Part shown: positions 1 to 9,100 of the stretch, piece by piece
Numbering within the stretch: the first letter of the stretch is position 1
How the letters are laid out: each line of letters opens with the position of its first letter
From: Arenicellales bacterium
GTDB lineage: Bacteria > Pseudomonadota > Gammaproteobacteria > Arenicellales > UBA868
Reading direction: 5' to 3'
DNA length: 64,000 nt
NCBI GenBank assembly: GCA_030747115.1
Contig: JASLLH010000001.1
Location: 1,734-65,733, forward strand
Program-made: the position numbers and the translations under genes
Notes under the pieces: model-generated
What the model was told of the DNA's origin: nothing
Database searches by the model: none
The model's input: the letters and a program-made list of their open reading frames with translations, nothing else

Positions 1-776
1 ATCTCGGTCATGAACAGCAGGCCGGAGGTGCCGGGATTAAGCTGCGGCAGACCCCAGGTAATGGCAAGATAAACCGGCAGTACAAGCAGAAGACTCAGGG
101 GTGCAAGCCACGGCAGTACTGAACTGAACGCAACAGGCGGCGGAATGCTTACAGTGCCCTGCAGGAAGAACATAACCAGGATTGCCAGTCCGCTGGCCCA
201 AACGAACCACGATGAAACAACATCTACAGCGGGTTGGTCCGGGTATCGGCGTGTCAAGGTCGCCGCGAGGGCCCAGATAATTCCTGAGCCGAGCGCCATC
301 CAGTCGCCAAGGTTTCTGGGCAGCGGCAGTCCCTGGTCTATGTTGAAAATGATCAGCATCCCGGCTATACCGAGCGCAATCCCGAAAACCCGGTCCAGGG
401 TGATTTTTTCGGCCAGCCAGAGTCTCGCGAAGAGCGTGCCCCAGACAGGAGTGAGGTAGTACAGCAGGATGGCGCGGACCACGTCGGTGTAGAGAAACGC
501 TGTGGAGTAAAGCAGGATCGCAAGCCCCATGGCCGCACCCGTCGCCTGCAGCCCAATCCCCCCTTGCCGAAGACTTTTATGCCTTATCAGCATCAACGGC
601 AGGAGCATCAGCGCCGGAATCACATGAATAACCCCAGCCGCGAGGACACCTGAAAACCCCGAAGCGTCAAGACCTCGGAGTGGAATCCAGTAGCCTCCCC
701 AAACGGCGCCCCCCACAAGGCACGCGGACCTCGCGAGGCCGAGGTGACCCTCCTTGAGCATTGTTGAGATCTGCAT
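1..776 (-). CDS. DMT/EamA-family membrane transporter (partial; C-terminus runs off the window start)
   Basis: My own minus-strand translation from ATG (776-774) stays open to position 1. It is absent from the ORF track because it is truncated. It reads MQISTMLKEGHLGLARSAC...LLYSTAFLYTDVVRAILLYYLTPVWGTLFARLWLAEKITLDRVFGIALGIAGMLIIF... This is multi-TM with an EamA-like repeat-end motif. Confidence 0.6.
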   Translation of the reverse strand, partial: MQISTMLKEGHLGLARSACLVGGAVWGGYWIPLRGLDASGFSGVLAAGVIHVIPALMLLPLMLIRHKSLRQGGIGLQATGAAMGLAILLYSTAFLYTDVVRAILLYYLTPVWGTLFARLWLAEKITLDRVFGIALGIAGMLIIFNIDQGLPLPRNLGDWMALGSGIIWALAATLTRRYPDQPAVDVVSSWFVWASGLAILVMFFLQGTVSIPPPVAFSSVLPWLAPLSLLLVLPVYLAITWGLPQLNPGTSGLLFMTE

Positions 777-1003
777 AGCCTTAAGTTGCTATCGGGTGTC
801 TGAATTCCGACCGGTTTCTGGAAGGTGCAGCCGCGTTGGGTGGGATATCGCAGTCCGGGGTGTGAACGCCTTGACCAGGGAGTGTGCAGGCGCTTGGTAA
901 AAGGGCGGTATCATAATGGTGTTCGCTCAGAATCGCCTAGTCCAGGATGACGTTTTAGCCGATTTTTGTGTTTACTTATTCAGCATAGGGAGAGCGTCGT
1001 TTA

Positions 1004-1912
1004 ATGATAGCGTCAACTGTCAATGTCGATGGAACCATTACCGAAGCTGCGAAGGCTTCCATACCGGTTCTGGACCGTGGCTTTCTTTACGGTGACTCGG
1101 TCTATGAAGTGTTTCGTACCTATCGCTCGGTACCGCTTTTTCTGGAAGAACATTTCGAGCGGCTGGAAAACTCTGCGCAGCTGATTCAGATGCGGATCAG
1201 CCAGACGCGCGGGCAGCTTCTGGAAGAGATTCGCCGAACGGCGATAGAGGCGGGCGTGTCCCGGGAGTCAGACGGCTATGTGCGTTATCAGATAACGCGC
1301 GGGGAAGGGGTCGTAGACCTGTATCCTGATCCCGGTCTGGAAACCCGATACGTCATCATCGTCAAAGCCTTGCCGTCCTGGGACCCGATTTTCTATGAGC
1401 GCGGCGTCAACATGGCGATTCCCAACGTTCGCCGCAACCCGGTTAACGCACTTGACCCGAATATCAAGGGTGGCAACTACCTGAACAACATTATGGGACT
1501 CACCGAAGCCAAAGAAGCGGGTGCAGATGATTGTGTCATGCTCAATCGTGACGGCTTTGTAACCGAGGCGGCCAACAGTAACGTCTGGTTTCTGATCCGG
1601 GGGAGGCTCGTCACCCCAGGTTCCGGAAACCTCAAAGGGCTGACCAAAAAACATGTCCATCGAGCGCTCAAGGCCGCCGGGATGCAAAGTTTCGAAGAAG
1701 ATGTTCATGTCAATGAACTGCTCGATGCGACCGAGTGCTTTATTACGAGCGCAACCCGCGAGGTCATGCCGTGTGTATCGCTGACGCTGCTTGACGGGGA
1801 ACGGCTTGAGTTTCCTGTCGGTGGCGGCGATGTCACCCGTGCAGCCGGGCAAGTTTTTTCCGGCTATGTCGAAGATTACATCTCACAACACGCTAACGAT
1901 GCGCTTGCCTGA
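1004..1912 (+). CDS. Fold-type IV PLP aminotransferase (branched-chain or D-amino-acid aminotransferase family)
   Basis: 302-aa ORF. The segments IPVLDRGFLYGDSVYEVFRTY and NIKGGNYLNNIMGLTEAKEAGADDCVMLNRDGFVTEAANSNVWF match the IlvE/Dat/PabC family pattern. Substrate class cannot be decided by eye. Confidence 0.8.
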   Translation: MIASTVNVDGTITEAAKASIPVLDRGFLYGDSVYEVFRTYRSVPLFLEEHFERLENSAQLIQMRISQTRGQLLEEIRRTAIEAGVSRESDGYVRYQITRGEGVVDLYPDPGLETRYVIIVKALPSWDPIFYERGVNMAIPNVRRNPVNALDPNIKGGNYLNNIMGLTEAKEAGADDCVMLNRDGFVTEAANSNVWFLIRGRLVTPGSGNLKGLTKKHVHRALKAAGMQSFEEDVHVNELLDATECFITSATREVMPCVSLTLLDGERLEFPVGGGDVTRAAGQVFSGYVEDYISQHANDALA

Positions 1913-1948
1913 ATCTGGCCTACACATGCGCGAAGCCATAGAACGCAA

Positions 1949-3037
1949 ATGAGCAAAACCCGAGTCCTGCTGGTATTCGGTGGACAGTCTGCCGAGCACG
2001 AGATTTCTGTCATCTCGGCGAGATCCGTTTACGCGGCGATTGACGCCTCCCGCTACGAGGTGGTCCTCGCGGGTATCTCACGGTCAGGACAGTGGGTTCT
2101 CGAGGACGGTGAGCGTCGGTTGCTGGAACAGGACGAAGTTATAGAGGGTAGCGGCGTGCCCGTGCAGTTGGGCGCCGGTCAGCGGGACCTGACAGCCCTG
2201 GATGGGACTCAAGCGGGAGAAGGCAGGTTTGATGTGGTATTCCCCCTTTTACATGGACCGCACGGTGAGGATGGCTGTGTACAGGGTTTGCTCGAGCTTG
2301 CGGATGCCGCCTATGTGGGGGCCGGCGTTGCGGCATCTGCAGTCGGTATGGATAAAGAGCTGGCGCGGGCTGTTTTTGCCAACGCCGGTTTGAAACAGGC
2401 AGAGTACCTTGTCGTTAGGCGCAGCGCCTGGAACGTCGACCGGACATTGATAATGAGCCGGATTGAAAGCGCGCTTTGTTATCCGATGTTCGTCAAGCCG
2501 GTCAATCTCGGCTCCAGTATCGGAATTTCCAAGGTCCATAATGCTGAGTCTCTGCAGACCGCCTTGGATATTGCGGCCGGTTACGACATCAAGATGATGA
2601 TCGAATCCTCAGTAGAGCAGGCTCGGGAACTTGAATGCGCGGTGCTCGGCAACGATGATCCGAAAGCCTCCGTGATTGGCGAGATCATCCCTGGGGCAGA
2701 GTTTTACGACTACACCACCAAGTACATCGATGACCACTCGCAGTTGATCGTGCCTGCGGATCTTTCGCAGTCACTAAAGGCCAGCATCCAGGAGATGTCT
2801 CTGGAAGCATTCCGTGCAATTGATGGTGCCGGACTCGCACGGGTCGATTTTCTGCTGCCCCCTTCCGGTGAGGTGTTCCTCAACGAGATAAACACGATGC
2901 CGGGCTTTACCCCCATCAGCATGTATCCAAGGCTCTGGCAGGCAAGCGGTATCGAATACCCCACGTTGATTGACCAGCTGATTCAACTCGCTTTGGATCG
3001 ATACCGTGAGAAGCAGCAGATAAGCCTCAGCCGCTGA
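1949..3037 (+). CDS. ddl: D-alanine--D-alanine ligase (long, DdlA-like form)
   Basis: 362-aa ORF. It has MSKTRVLLVFGGQSAEHEISVISARSVY at the N-terminus and the ATP-grasp C-terminal motif LNEINTMPGFTPISMYPRLW. It lies 37 nt downstream of the aminotransferase gene. Confidence 0.9.
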   Translation: MSKTRVLLVFGGQSAEHEISVISARSVYAAIDASRYEVVLAGISRSGQWVLEDGERRLLEQDEVIEGSGVPVQLGAGQRDLTALDGTQAGEGRFDVVFPLLHGPHGEDGCVQGLLELADAAYVGAGVAASAVGMDKELARAVFANAGLKQAEYLVVRRSAWNVDRTLIMSRIESALCYPMFVKPVNLGSSIGISKVHNAESLQTALDIAAGYDIKMMIESSVEQARELECAVLGNDDPKASVIGEIIPGAEFYDYTTKYIDDHSQLIVPADLSQSLKASIQEMSLEAFRAIDGAGLARVDFLLPPSGEVFLNEINTMPGFTPISMYPRLWQASGIEYPTLIDQLIQLALDRYREKQQISLSR

Positions 3038-3210
3038 TATCCGCGCGGCCAATTGCCGTCGGCTATTGCAGGGTACAGGGGCTGTTGTTCCTGGCAGTCA
3101 AAAGCACTAAGATGATGCGACGGTGTGTCATATTCGTGAAATATGATGATAATAATATGTGTCAGGGTGCAGAACCTGCAATATGTCAAGACCATCAATA
3201 GGAGGAACAG

Positions 3211-4242
3211 ATGAAAAAGATTTTGTTTAGGAGTCGTTGGGGTGTGGTGCCAGCGTTGGCGCTAGGGCTCAGCTATACCGCCTTTGCTGCAACCGACCTC
3301 ACCGTCTATACGGCGGTCGAGGCCGAAGATCTCAAGAAATACGCGGCACGATTTAACGAGGATCATCCCGATATCAAGATCAATTGGGTGCGTGATTCGA
3401 CCGGCATCGTGACAGCGAAGCTGCTTGCGGAAAAAGAGAATCCACGGGCAGATGTCATCTGGGGACTGGCGGCCACGAGCCTGTTATTGATGAAAGGCGA
3501 AGGCATGCTGCAGCCGTACACCCCCAAAGGTCTGGACGGTCTTGATTCGAAGTTCCGGGATAAGTCCGATCCACCGACGTGGACCGGTATGGATGCATGG
3601 GTTGCCGCAGTCTGTGTGAACACTGTGGAGTCGGAAAAACATAATCTGCCCATGCCGTCTTCCTGGAAGGATCTGACCAACCCGGCGTATAAAGGCCACG
3701 TCGCCATGCCGAACCCCAATTCGTCGGGGACCGGCTTTCTGGATGTATCCAGCTGGCTACAGATGTTCGGCGAAGAAGGTGGCTGGGCGTTTATGGACCA
3801 GCTCCACCAGAATATCGATCACTATACGCATTCGGGCTCCAAACCCTGCAAACAGGCTGCCCGGGGAGAGGTCGCGATCGGCGTATCTTTTGCCTTCCGG
3901 GGCGCAAAGTCCAAAGCGGCGGGTGCTCCGTTAGAGATCATTATTCCAAGCGAGGGTATTGGCTGGGATATGGAAGCGACCGCGATTGTCAACGGGACCA
4001 AGAAACTGGATGCTGCTAAAACGCTGGTGGATTGGTCTGTCACTGAGAAAGCCAACAAGATGTACAACGAGGGCTACGCAGTGATCGGCATTCAGCGGCT
4101 TGCAAAACCGGTCGAACATTTCCCGGACAATATTCCGCAGGCCATGATCGATAACAACTTCGAGTGGGCGGCACAGAACCGCAAACGTATCCTTGCCGAA
4201 TGGCAGAAGCGTTACGATTCAAAATCGGAACCGAAGAGCTGA
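3211..4242 (+). CDS. Periplasmic substrate-binding protein of an ABC importer (putative 2-aminoethylphosphonate PhnS2 / Fe3+-type family)
   Basis: 343 aa. The signal peptide is MKKILFRSRWGVVPALALGLSYTAFA/ATD. An RBS aggagg sits a few nt upstream of the ATG. WVRDSTGIVTAKLLAEKENPRADVIWGLAAT and SGTGFLDVSSWLQMFGEEGGW resemble the family annotated as putative 2-AEP ABC binding proteins, from memory and not searched. Confidence 0.75.
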   Translation: MKKILFRSRWGVVPALALGLSYTAFAATDLTVYTAVEAEDLKKYAARFNEDHPDIKINWVRDSTGIVTAKLLAEKENPRADVIWGLAATSLLLMKGEGMLQPYTPKGLDGLDSKFRDKSDPPTWTGMDAWVAAVCVNTVESEKHNLPMPSSWKDLTNPAYKGHVAMPNPNSSGTGFLDVSSWLQMFGEEGGWAFMDQLHQNIDHYTHSGSKPCKQAARGEVAIGVSFAFRGAKSKAAGAPLEIIIPSEGIGWDMEATAIVNGTKKLDAAKTLVDWSVTEKANKMYNEGYAVIGIQRLAKPVEHFPDNIPQAMIDNNFEWAAQNRKRILAEWQKRYDSKSEPKS

Positions 4243-4262
4243 GTCAGATTATCGACTGATCG

Positions 4263-4304
4263 ACGGCCGGTCGCTGTTCAGCCAGTGATCGGCCGTTTCT
4301 TTTT
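4263..4304 (+). terminator. Intrinsic (Rho-independent) terminator/attenuator between the binding-protein gene and the ATPase gene
   Basis: ACGGCCGGTCGCTG (4263-4276) pairs with CAGTGATCGGCCGT (4283-4296). That gives 14 bp (12 Watson-Crick plus 2 G-U) with a 6-nt loop TTCAGC, followed directly by TTCTTTTT. Confidence 0.7.
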
Positions 4305-4366
4305 GTGATTGCCCTGGCCCCGGTGGTCGGCGGGGCTTCGGTCAGTCCGTGCGGATTCCAACGACA

Positions 4367-5443
4367 ATGAGCGAAGCATTCCTGAAAATCGAGAACCTGA
4401 CCAAGAATTTCGGTCAGTTCACGGCACTGCGGGATATCTCTCTTGAGGTCTTCGAGGGTGAGTTTGTCTGTTTCCTGGGTCCCTCCGGCTGCGGGAAAAC
4501 GACCCTGTTAAGGGCTATCGCCGGGCTTGATATCCAGTCCCAGGGAAGCATTGCCCAGGCGGGCGCCGATATCTCCGTGCTGCCTCCATCGGAGCGTGAC
4601 TTTGGGATTGTGTTTCAGTCCTATGCGCTGTTTCCCAACCTCACGGTAGAAAAAAACGTGGCCTATGGTCTCGAGAGCCGGCGCTCCCGCCGCAATGAAG
4701 TCAGCAGGCGCGTCGAAGAACTGCTGATGCTGGTGGATTTATCTGATCAGACAAAGAAATATCCGGCCCAGTTGTCCGGCGGGCAGCAGCAGCGGGTTGC
4801 GTTGGCGCGGGCACTGGCGACCGCACCGGGGCTGCTGCTTCTGGACGAACCGTTGTCGGCTCTTGACGCCAAAGTGCGGGCGCACCTGAGGATGGAAATC
4901 AAAGGGCTGCAGAGACGCCTGGCTGTCACAACCATCATGGTCACCCACGATCAGGAAGAAGCGCTGACGATGGCCGATCGGATTGTGGTGATGAACCACG
5001 GGGTGATCGAACAGATCGGCACACCGGAGGAGATTTACGCGAGCCCCGCTTCTGAGTTTGTCGCGGAGTTTATCGGCACAATGAATTTCATCAGCGCCAG
5101 GACAGCGTCAGCCGGCCAATGTGCCTGTGAAGGTGTCCCGCTTGATGTCGATACAGAAAACATGAGCGAGGGGAGGCCGGTCCGGTTGGCTATCAGGCCT
5201 GAGGATGTCGAGTTGCACCTCGGTGATGAGTCGGGGAGTAATAACGAGACGCTCGGAGTGGTCGAATCGCTCGAATACCTCGGTGCTTTTGTCCGGGTTA
5301 CGCTGAATCTTGAGCTATGGAAGACCCGGCTTCAGGCCGATGTCTCAACAGGCGAAGCCCACCGACTTTCGCTGGAACCGGGCGCATCGGTCTCGGTGAC
5401 GCTTCCAGCCGAGAAGATCAGGCTCTATTCCCTGGACTCTTGA
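4367..5443 (+). CDS. ABC transporter ATP-binding protein (importer type, with C-terminal regulatory domain)
   Basis: Walker A is GPSGCGKTT, the signature is LSGGQQQRVALARAL, Walker B is LLLLDEPLSALD and the H-loop is VTHDQ. I prefer the ATG at 4367 (MSEAFLKIENL) over the GTG at 4349. Confidence 0.85.
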   Translation: MSEAFLKIENLTKNFGQFTALRDISLEVFEGEFVCFLGPSGCGKTTLLRAIAGLDIQSQGSIAQAGADISVLPPSERDFGIVFQSYALFPNLTVEKNVAYGLESRRSRRNEVSRRVEELLMLVDLSDQTKKYPAQLSGGQQQRVALARALATAPGLLLLDEPLSALDAKVRAHLRMEIKGLQRRLAVTTIMVTHDQEEALTMADRIVVMNHGVIEQIGTPEEIYASPASEFVAEFIGTMNFISARTASAGQCACEGVPLDVDTENMSEGRPVRLAIRPEDVELHLGDESGSNNETLGVVESLEYLGAFVRVTLNLELWKTRLQADVSTGEAHRLSLEPGASVSVTLPAEKIRLYSLDS

Positions 5444-7161
5444 TGACCGCCAAGGGCGTTGCGATCAGCACAACTGGGCCAATGTTGCGCAGGAAATCGA
5501 GTTCCGATGACCGCGCGATGCGGCTGTTTGTCCTGGTCATTGGTGTTTACCTCATTGTTGCATTGGCGTTTCCACTGTACGCAATGCTCTCCAAGAGCAC
5601 GTTGGACTCCAAGGGCGGGTTCGTCGGGCTTGAGAATTACCTAGCGTATTTCAATACACCATCTCTGGTGTATTCGATCCAGAACAGCCTTTTTATCGGG
5701 TTTGTTACCACCTCCATTACGGTCACGATCGCTTTCGTCCTTGCCTATGCGCTGACCCGTAGCAGGATGCCAGGCAAGGCGGTGTTCAAAACCGTTGCGA
5801 TGATCCCGATTCTGGTTCCCTCGCTCCTGCCGGGTATCGCGCTGATCTATCTTTTCGGCCGGCAGGGACTGATTAACGAACTGCTGTTCGGTCATGATAT
5901 TTACGGACCCATCGGTATCGTCATTGCAGAGGTCTTTTTTACGCTGCCGCATGCGCTGATTATCATCATCACTGCGCTGTCGATCGCCGATGCCAGACTC
6001 TATGAAGCGGCGACCGCACTTCGTGCGGGAAGTGCCCGGATATTTTTTACGGTGACGCTGCCTGGCGTGCGGTATGGACTGATCAGCGCTGCATTTGTGG
6101 TGTTCACCCTGTCCGTCACCGATTTTGGCGCGCCGAAGGTGATCGGTGGGGATTTCAATGTGCTCGCAACCGATATCTATAAACAGGTAATCGGTCAGCA
6201 GAACTTCGAGATGGGGGCAGTCGTTTCGGTGGTGCTTCTGATCCCCGCGGGCCTTGCCTTCGTGGTGGACCGTATCGTTCAGAAGAAGCAGATAGCACTG
6301 CTTTCAGCGCGCGCGGTTCCCCTGGAGCCTTCCCCCGACAAAAAGTTCGATAACCTCATGCTGGTGTATTCGATCGTCGTCAGCATTTTTATCGTCGGGA
6401 TTCTCGGCGTCTGCCAGTTTGCGGCACTGGTGAAATTCTACCCCTACAACCTGAGTCTGGGCTTGAGTAATTACCAGTTCGATCTCATGGACGGCGGGGG
6501 TTGGGCCAGTTACTTCAACTCTATCGAGATGGCTTCCTACACTGCGGTATTCGGCACCATTTTGGTGTTCTCGGGTGCTTATCTCGTTGAGAAAGGTCAG
6601 GGACTGGGCCCGATCCGTGGGACGTTCCAGCTCCTGGCGATGCTGCCCATGGCAATACCCGGACTGGTGCTGGGTCTTGCCTACATCTTTTTCTTCAACT
6701 CGCCGTCGAATCCGCTGAACTTCCTCTATCACACGATGGCGATACTGGTAATCAGCACCATTACCCACTTCTACACGGTGAGTCACCTCACAGCGACTAC
6801 CGCCCTCAAGCAGATGGATGCCCAGTTCGAGTCCGTTGCCGCTTCGCTGAAGCAGCCTTTTTACCGCACATTTCTCAGGGTCACAGTGCCCGTGTGTACC
6901 CCTGCAATTCTCGATATCAGCATCTATCTTTTCGTAAACGCGATGACCACGGTGTCGGCGGTGGTATTTTTATACTCTCCGCATACCACTCTGGCTTCTG
7001 TTGCGGTACTCAACATGGATGATGCGGGCGACATCGCCCCGGCGGCAGCGATGGGGATGATGATCTTTTACACTGCGGCGGGGGTGAAAATTCTGCACTA
7101 TCTTTTGAGCCGGGGTGTCGAGTCCCGTACCCAGGCATGGCGGGTATCTGTCGCGAAATAG
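5443..7161 (+). CDS. Fused double-domain ABC importer permease (FbpB/PhnU2-like)
   Basis: The ATG at 5443 overlaps the upstream TGA (TGATG). The product is 572 aa, highly hydrophobic, with two tandem permease halves. The ORF-track start at 5317 would overlap the ATPase gene by 127 nt, so I rejected it. Confidence 0.8.
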   Translation: MTAKGVAISTTGPMLRRKSSSDDRAMRLFVLVIGVYLIVALAFPLYAMLSKSTLDSKGGFVGLENYLAYFNTPSLVYSIQNSLFIGFVTTSITVTIAFVLAYALTRSRMPGKAVFKTVAMIPILVPSLLPGIALIYLFGRQGLINELLFGHDIYGPIGIVIAEVFFTLPHALIIIITALSIADARLYEAATALRAGSARIFFTVTLPGVRYGLISAAFVVFTLSVTDFGAPKVIGGDFNVLATDIYKQVIGQQNFEMGAVVSVVLLIPAGLAFVVDRIVQKKQIALLSARAVPLEPSPDKKFDNLMLVYSIVVSIFIVGILGVCQFAALVKFYPYNLSLGLSNYQFDLMDGGGWASYFNSIEMASYTAVFGTILVFSGAYLVEKGQGLGPIRGTFQLLAMLPMAIPGLVLGLAYIFFFNSPSNPLNFLYHTMAILVISTITHFYTVSHLTATTALKQMDAQFESVAASLKQPFYRTFLRVTVPVCTPAILDISIYLFVNAMTTVSAVVFLYSPHTTLASVAVLNMDDAGDIAPAAAMGMMIFYTAAGVKILHYLLSRGVESRTQAWRVSVAK

Positions 7162-7170
7162 ATCAACAAA

Positions 7171-7590
7171 ATGAAATATCTTCACACCATGGTGCGGGTC
7201 AGTGACCTCGAAGGATCGCTGGACTTTTATTGCACGAAACTGGGTCTGGTTGAACTGCGCCGGTATGATGAGCCGAAGGGTCGTTTTACCAATGTGTTTC
7301 TTGCAGCGCCGGGCGACGAGTCAGCCCAGGTCGAACTGACATACAACTGGGACCCGGAGGATTACCCCGGAGGGCGCAATTTCGGTCATCTCGCCTATCA
7401 GGTAGAAGATATCTATGGCCTTTGCCAGCGTCTGCTGGACCAGGGCGTCACGATCAACCGCCCACCCCGGGACGGACGGATGGCCTTCATCAGGTCACCC
7501 GATGGTATCTCCATCGAACTGTTGCAAAAGGGTGAGTCGCTGGCGCCCGCCGAACCCTGGCTGTCGATGCCGAACACGGGATCCTGGTAA
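7171..7590 (+). CDS. gloA: Lactoylglutathione lyase-like VOC family protein (glyoxalase I)
   Basis: 139 aa. It has [32 protein letters not shown] and [11 protein letters not shown], and ends [13 protein letters not shown]. This pattern is typical of GloA. Confidence 0.75.
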   Translation: MKYLHTMVRVSDLEGSLDFYCTKLGLVELRRYDEPKGRFTNVFLAAPGDESAQVELTYNWDPEDYPGGRNFGHLAYQVEDIYGLCQRLLDQGVTINRPPRDGRMAFIRSPDGISIELLQKGESLAPAEPWLSMPNTGSW

Positions 7591-7602
7591 AAGGGATCGC
7601 CC

Positions 7603-8127
7603 GTGCAATCCCCCGGCGCCCCGCTTGAGATAAACACCGTCACGATCGGCGATAACGGGGGCGCCGTAGGTATGTGCTGCTGCCCAGGCCGGCTCGAGCA
7701 GTTCAGCGATGGTGCGCATCGTCAAAGGGATCTCGCTGAAGATCTTGCGATGGTCAGCGACTGGCAGCCGGATCTCATCGTTTCCCTCGTCGAGCTGCAT
7801 GAGTTCGAATTTCTGGGTGTTGGGCAATTACCGGAGGAGTTCAAGAAGCAGTTCCAATGGCAGCATCACCCCGTCAGGGATCTCGGTGCGCCGTCTGATG
7901 CAGTTCAAGAGAATTCGCCATTGGCGCAGTGGTTCTCATCTGTGTGCAGGGGTGAACGGATCCTGCTGCACTGCGCCGCGGGTTTAGGACGGACCGGGAC
8001 GGTGGCTGCGCGCTTGCTGATGATGTCCGGACAGGATGCCGATGCTGCAATTCAAAGTGTCCGTGCTGCGCGTTCGGGCACGATTGAGTCGGCCACTCAG
8101 GAGCATTTTTTGCGTCAGCCGGACTGA
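7603..8127 (+). CDS. Cys-based protein-tyrosine/dual-specificity phosphatase-like protein
   Basis: 174 aa with a CX5R P-loop, HCAAGLGRTG, and an upstream acidic loop (HPVRDLGAP). The start is a GTG at 7603. Confidence 0.65.
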   Translation: MQSPGAPLEINTVTIGDNGGAVGMCCCPGRLEQFSDGAHRQRDLAEDLAMVSDWQPDLIVSLVELHEFEFLGVGQLPEEFKKQFQWQHHPVRDLGAPSDAVQENSPLAQWFSSVCRGERILLHCAAGLGRTGTVAARLLMMSGQDADAAIQSVRAARSGTIESATQEHFLRQPD

Positions 8128-8138
8128 CGAGTTCCTCA

Positions 8139-8906
8139 TCACCCGCTGGGAACAGGGCGGATCTCACTGATATCGCCGATCAGGACGTCAGCATGCGCCT
8201 GCAACTCCGCGGGGCTTCCCGCACCGCCGGTTATACCGACGCAAAGACCGGCTCCGGCCTTGCGGGCCATCGTCAGGTCGCTGACGGTGTCGCCCACCAT
8301 GACAAGTTCGGAAACGTCAAGCTCTTGCGAGTGCGCAATCTGGGCCAGCACGGCGATATCGGGCTTTACCGGACCGTCATCGTCGCCGCACCTGACGTCA
8401 GCAAAGAAGGGTTCAAGCCCCAGTTCATGCAGCATGATCTCGGTAGCAAGGCGGTTATCGGTCGTTGCGATGACTGCCGGAATTTCAGCATCGACGAGAC
8501 GTTTCAGTGATTCCCCAATTGTCCCCCGGGGGATGATCTCCTGAGCCGTTGGTGTGGCCGTCATCGCTGATCCCATATGATCTTCACTCAATGCAAGAGC
8601 CCGGTCCCAGGTGAGTCCGTGCTGAAAAAGAACGCTGGCCACAATCACAGTGAATTGATGCAGCGGCGCAGTAGCAAGAGGCCCCTGGCCGAGGGTCCCG
8701 CCGGTGTCGGCGTTATAGCCCGACGCCCGGTAGAGATGGTTAACAAAGCCATCGCCAAGACCTGTCTTGGCTGCCAGTGTCTTGGCGCCCAGCACGAGCC
8801 TTGGCCCCCAGACCGCATGAAAATCAATCAGCGTCCCGTCCTTGTCGAACACAACACAACGTGCGGGTACCTCAGTATCCGCAACCTGAAGACGGGGTGG
8901 TTTCAT
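8139..8906 (-). CDS. HAD-superfamily hydrolase (phosphatase)
   Basis: 255 aa. HAD motif I is VVFDKDGTLID and motif IV is MVGDTVSDL. Confidence 0.75.
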   Translation of the reverse strand: MKPPRLQVADTEVPARCVVFDKDGTLIDFHAVWGPRLVLGAKTLAAKTGLGDGFVNHLYRASGYNADTGGTLGQGPLATAPLHQFTVIVASVLFQHGLTWDRALALSEDHMGSAMTATPTAQEIIPRGTIGESLKRLVDAEIPAVIATTDNRLATEIMLHELGLEPFFADVRCGDDDGPVKPDIAVLAQIAHSQELDVSELVMVGDTVSDLTMARKAGAGLCVGITGGAGSPAELQAHADVLIGDISEIRPVPSG

Positions 8907-9100
8907 AGCGCAGGCAATTTAGCGCAAAAAAGGATCGTGCGCAGGATTTTTCGATTGCACTCATGCGGGATATTCGGGGCTAAGCAGGGATTCATAAAAA
9001 CGTGAAATAATCGGAACCATAAAAGCGATCTGTTGAGCGCTGGACCCCAATGATTTGTGTCGGCAGGCCCTCGGCGGCACAGGATTGAAGAACGTTTTAT

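Noticed and set aside
5317-5442. Long N-terminal extensions offered by the ORF track (5317, 16839, 18637, 25732, 28109, and 51030-51314 on the minus strand)
   Set aside because: Each extension overlaps the preceding gene or lacks homology-like sequence. Internal ATG starts give canonical N-termini, often with start/stop overlap coupling.
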